From positions 1-12,987 of the forward strand of contig JAWCPB010000030.1 in the NCBI GenBank assembly GCA_038870455.1: a DNA stretch of 12,987 nt. The letters are read 5' to 3'. Below are positions 9,608 through 12,987 of the stretch, in pieces. The notes below the pieces were generated by a model. The model did no database searches and was not told the DNA's origin. It saw nothing but the letters and a program-made list of their open reading frames with translations. Positions within the stretch are counted from its first letter, which is position 1. Every line of letters starts with the position of its first letter. The DNA comes from Candidatus Micrarchaeia archaeon (GTDB lineage: Archaea > Micrarchaeota > Micrarchaeia > Burarchaeales > JACRGF01). The translations under genes and the position numbers were made by a program.

Positions 9608-11092
9608 ATGAAACCCCTGTGGGGCGGGCGTTTTTCCGAAAAGCCGGCAGATCTCCTTTTGCGGTTTGCTTCTGCAGAAAACATTCAAGTCGATGCCGCG
9701 CTCGTGCCGTATGACATAAGGGGCTCGATCGCCCACGCGCTCATGCTCGCGAAGACAGGCATTCTGGAAAAGGGCGAGGCCAGGGCAATCGTCTCGGCGC
9801 TCAGGCAGGCGCTCTCAGAGTTCGAGAAAGGCTCTTTCGTGCTCAGGCTCGAGGATGAAGACGTCCACCTGAACGTAGAGAGGCTGCTGACCGCGAAAAT
9901 CGGTGATGTGGGAAAAAAGCTGCACACCGCGCGCTCGCGCAACGACCAGGTCAATCTCGACATGAGGCTCTACTTGAGGGACAAGGCAAACGAGCTGGAG
10001 AGCGAGCTGTTGAGCGCGGCAAAGGCGTTCCTGGAGCTTGCGAAAACGACGATGGGAATCATACTGCCCGGCTACACGCACACGAGGGTGGCGCAGCCCA
10101 TCACTGCAGCGTTCTGGGCGCACGCGCACGCCGAGGCACTCCTCAGGTGCGCGCACAGGGTGCAGGATGCATACGCCAGGCTCAACTCCAACCCACTGGG
10201 GGCGTGCGCGCTCGCGGGCACGAGCTGGCCCATCGACAGGAATTACACCGCGCAGCTGCTTGGCTTCGAGGACGTGCAGCAGAACGCGCTCGATGTCGTG
10301 ACATCAAGGGGGGAGGGCGAAGCCGAGCTGGCTTCGGTGTGCGCACTTGCCATGACGCGCCTTTCCATAATCGCGACAGACCTCATCCTGTATTCCTCGC
10401 CCGAGCTCGGCTTTGCCGACCTCCCGGAAGAGTACTGCACGGGCTCGAGCATCATGCCGCAGAAGAAAAACCCTGACGCGCTGGAGCTCGTCCGAGGGAG
10501 GGCGGCGAGAGTGGCCGGCAACCTCTCTTCCCTCCTGGCCATTCAAAAGGGCTTGCCTTCAGGCCACAACGCCGACACGCAGGAAACGAAGAGGCTCGCC
10601 ATGGACTCGCTCGCCACGACGCTCGCCTGCCTGCGCATCACGGCAGAAATTGTGAGAAAACTCGAGTTCGACAGCGAAAAGGCCGTGGCCGCGTGCGAAA
10701 AGAGCTATGCGGCCGCAACAGACCTGGCGGACCTGCTCGCGAGGAAAGGCATTCCCTTCCGCATCGCGCACGAGATAGTCGGAAGCCTGCTCAAGGAATG
10801 CGCGAAAGAAAACTGCATGCTCTCCCACTTCACGCCGGCGGAAGTCAATCGCGTCATACAGAAGGTGTTCCACAAGAGGATAACGGTTTCCGAAGCAGAG
10901 CTGGCGGCGGCCCTTGACATCCAGGAGGGCGCGCGCGCGAGAAAAAACGGGCCGGCTCCGGAAAATGTAAGGCGAATGATTGCAGAGAGCGAGAAGAAAC
11001 TCTCCGCGCTTCAGGCAAGCCTGAACGCGCGCCTGGCCGCGCTCAAGAAAGCAGACGAGCTGCTGGCCAGGGAAGCGAGCGCGCTCCGGTGA
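9608..11092 (+). CDS. argH: Argininosuccinate lyase
   Basis: LWGGRF, EDVH, LHTARSRNDQ, PGYTH..AQP, PLGACALAG, TGSSIMPQKKNPD, ATDLAD.L..KGIPFR.AHEIVG. Confidence 0.98.
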   Translation: MKPLWGGRFSEKPADLLLRFASAENIQVDAALVPYDIRGSIAHALMLAKTGILEKGEARAIVSALRQALSEFEKGSFVLRLEDEDVHLNVERLLTAKIGDVGKKLHTARSRNDQVNLDMRLYLRDKANELESELLSAAKAFLELAKTTMGIILPGYTHTRVAQPITAAFWAHAHAEALLRCAHRVQDAYARLNSNPLGACALAGTSWPIDRNYTAQLLGFEDVQQNALDVVTSRGEGEAELASVCALAMTRLSIIATDLILYSSPELGFADLPEEYCTGSSIMPQKKNPDALELVRGRAARVAGNLSSLLAIQKGLPSGHNADTQETKRLAMDSLATTLACLRITAEIVRKLEFDSEKAVAACEKSYAAATDLADLLARKGIPFRIAHEIVGSLLKECAKENCMLSHFTPAEVNRVIQKVFHKRITVSEAELAAALDIQEGARARKNGPAPENVRRMIAESEKKLSALQASLNARLAALKKADELLAREASALR

Positions 11093-11988
11093 TGGGCGTG
11101 CACCCAAATCCAGAAAAAATCTCTGGCGCGGCGCAGCTCGCCTGCCTGTTGGAAGCCTCTTCCTACCCCAAGCCCGGCAACGTCTCCCCTTTTCGGGGCT
11201 ATGCGGGCCTGACTTTCCCGGACTTCCTCGCGGGCGCGGTGGCCATAGGGCCTGCCGTCAAGGCCGCGGCGAGGGCTGGCGCGAGGAGAGGCAGAGTGCC
11301 GCTGGGCAGGCTCCTGCTCAAGGCGGCGAGAGACACGCTCGCCTACGGCGTGGGGGGAAATGTGAATGCGGGAATCATACTCCTGCTCATCCCGCTGGCG
11401 GCTGCCTACGCAAGAGCGAAAGGAAAAGAAGCAAAGCTGGCGGACGCGATGCGCGGAATCCTTTCCAGCTCCACTCCGGACGATGCCGTTCTTTTCTACC
11501 GCGCGCTCAGGGCGCTGCACCCCAAGCTCCCTAAAGTGAAGCGGCTCGATGTGTTTGACGTGCGGTCGGATGCGGAATTACGGAAGCGGAGGATGAACTT
11601 CAAGCGCGTGCTGGAGATCAGCCATGATGAGGTGGCCCGCGAGGTGTTGCGCGGCTTTCCGATCTCGCGCGCCGGAGCGAGGGTTTTCAGGCGGGCGCTC
11701 AAGAAGAGCAGAGACATACACAGGGCGAGTGCGCAGGCTTTTTTGTGGATACTCGCCCGGCATGCAGATGGGCTCATCGAAAAGAAGGTGGGCAGGGAAA
11801 TGGCTGAGTGGGTTTCGCGAAAAGCGAGAGAGGTCATGGCGCTGGGCGGCGTGCTCACGCCTGCTGGCTATGCCGCGGCCAAGAGGCTCGATGACAGGCT
11901 GTTTTCGCTCGGACAGGATTACAACCCTGGCTCGACAGCCGACCTGACCTGCTCGAGCATTTTCCTCGCACTTGCGGAAAAGCTCTAG
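11092..11988 (+). CDS. citG: CitG-family triphosphoribosyl-dephospho-CoA synthase-like protein (archaeal type)
   Basis: ACLLEAS..PKPGNV, N.NAGIILLL.PL, D.LI.KK.G, NPGSTADL. TGATG overlap with the argH stop (ATG 11092; GTG 11089 also possible). Confidence 0.85.
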   Translation: MGVHPNPEKISGAAQLACLLEASSYPKPGNVSPFRGYAGLTFPDFLAGAVAIGPAVKAAARAGARRGRVPLGRLLLKAARDTLAYGVGGNVNAGIILLLIPLAAAYARAKGKEAKLADAMRGILSSSTPDDAVLFYRALRALHPKLPKVKRLDVFDVRSDAELRKRRMNFKRVLEISHDEVAREVLRGFPISRAGARVFRRALKKSRDIHRASAQAFLWILARHADGLIEKKVGREMAEWVSRKAREVMALGGVLTPAGYAAAKRLDDRLFSLGQDYNPGSTADLTCSSIFLALAEKL

Positions 11989-12987
11989 AAAGCTGCGACT
12001 TCTTCGGGGGAAGACCTGACTTTTATTTCGAGGGGTGGAAGCGCGCCGCGTTTCCTGTATTCCTCTTCAAACTTCTCTTTCGGAACTTTTATGAGCACGT
12101 TGACGGTTTGCGTGACTTCGTAACCGTTATCAGCTCTTTGTATTCCATACGTGTCGCTGTATTCCCACTGGTTAATGCTTGGAGGCGAGATGAATTTCAC
12201 ATTTTTCTGAACTATGAGAAAGCCCAGGCGCTCAAACTCTTCCTTCAGGGAGTCGTCAATCCAACGGGAGGCGAGCACCGAACGTGTTGCGATCGCTTTC
12301 CTGAGCCCATGCAGGGCTATGAGCGCGTTGTACTCGGGGTTGGCCGCATCGGCATAGACAGGCTCAAGAAGCAAAACCTTTTTCATCTGACCATCCATCT
12401 CCGCCTGATAGAGCTTTGCGATGGCTCTGGCATGGATTATCCCCTCCTCATCGCGCACTATTATTCCTTTCTTGTTCGCATCGGCGACATAGGCAAGCAG
12501 GCAGTGATTGTGCGAGCCATTCACATAGCTTTGACAGGAGTGCCTTGGCACTTCGCCGATTTTCAGTAGCGTCAGAAAATCATCGGTGTCGATGGCTTCG
12601 AGCCTGAACATCTTGAAGTGTTCCTTCGGCTTCTCCAGTGTCCTGATGAAGTGAATCATGGAGTCTTTTGGCTCGTCCTGCCCAAGCGCACGCAGCGCCT
12701 TGTTTATTGAATTCACCGTATCCTTAATCTCCTTAATCTCGCTCTCAGAGAGCTCCTTGTAGAAATCTTTTCTTCTGAGTGAGAGGACGCCGGAAATGAC
12801 CGCCTCGGTGTTTCTCGCGCGCTCCAGTTCCCTCTCGAGTTTTTTCCTCTCTTCGCTGTCTTCTGGAAGCCCGCGCATCATGGGCTCTGTGCTTTTAATT
12901 TCCCATCTCACTTTTTCGAAAGCTTCCTCGCTTATTTCTATGTCTTTTATATACCGCACGGCTTCGTCCAAAGCGCTGACGAGCGCA
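11985..12987 (-). CDS. C-terminal part of a hypothetical protein (5' end outside the window): charged helical region plus conserved-looking alpha/beta domain
   Basis: Open frame of more than 330 codons runs off the window edge. Motifs GE....SCQSY..G..N.CLL.YV.D.NKK...V....G...ARA and LLLEPVY. Its stop overlaps the citG stop in CTAG 11985-11988. Confidence 0.8.
   Translation of the reverse strand, partial: ALVSALDEAVRYIKDIEISEEAFEKVRWEIKSTEPMMRGLPEDSEERKKLERELERARNTEAVISGVLSLRRKDFYKELSESEIKEIKDTVNSINKALRALGQDEPKDSMIHFIRTLEKPKEHFKMFRLEAIDTDDFLTLLKIGEVPRHSCQSYVNGSHNHCLLAYVADANKKGIIVRDEEGIIHARAIAKLYQAEMDGQMKKVLLLEPVYADAANPEYNALIALHGLRKAIATRSVLASRWIDDSLKEEFERLGFLIVQKNVKFISPPSINQWEYSDTYGIQRADNGYEVTQTVNVLIKVPKEKFEEEYRKRGALPPLEIKVRSSPEEVAAF

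Noticed and set aside
12108-12607. Plus-strand ORFs of 153 and 63 aa
   Set aside because: Antisense to the longer, more protein-like minus-strand frame. No motifs.

Overview
GC-rich archaeal-type chromosomal window: BRE/TATA promoters, near-leaderless starts and an ATPase_2/DUF234-type gene. The lineage cannot be fixed from the sequence alone. The right two-thirds is a housekeeping arginine-biosynthesis cluster: carA-argF-carB on the minus strand, divergent from argH plus a translationally coupled CitG-family gene, then a 5'-truncated hypothetical gene. The left third is an accessory region between an M50-like membrane peptidase gene and carB. It holds two tandem blocks bounded by three direct copies of the 12-mer GCGGCCGCGCGC (807, 2535, 4514). 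Block 1 carries an AAA-ATPase/wHTH/nuclease gene. Block 2 carries a bPH_2 membrane protein, an uncalled start-less PSI (plexin-like) domain surface-protein fragment and an RHH/RelE toxin-antitoxin pair. The junction between the blocks (2475-2657) is a chimera of an orphan, diverged carB 3' end fused to an orphan, diverged M50 3' end. This suggests two alternative alleles of one variable locus were joined, possibly through a circular intermediate, with no recombinase in the window.
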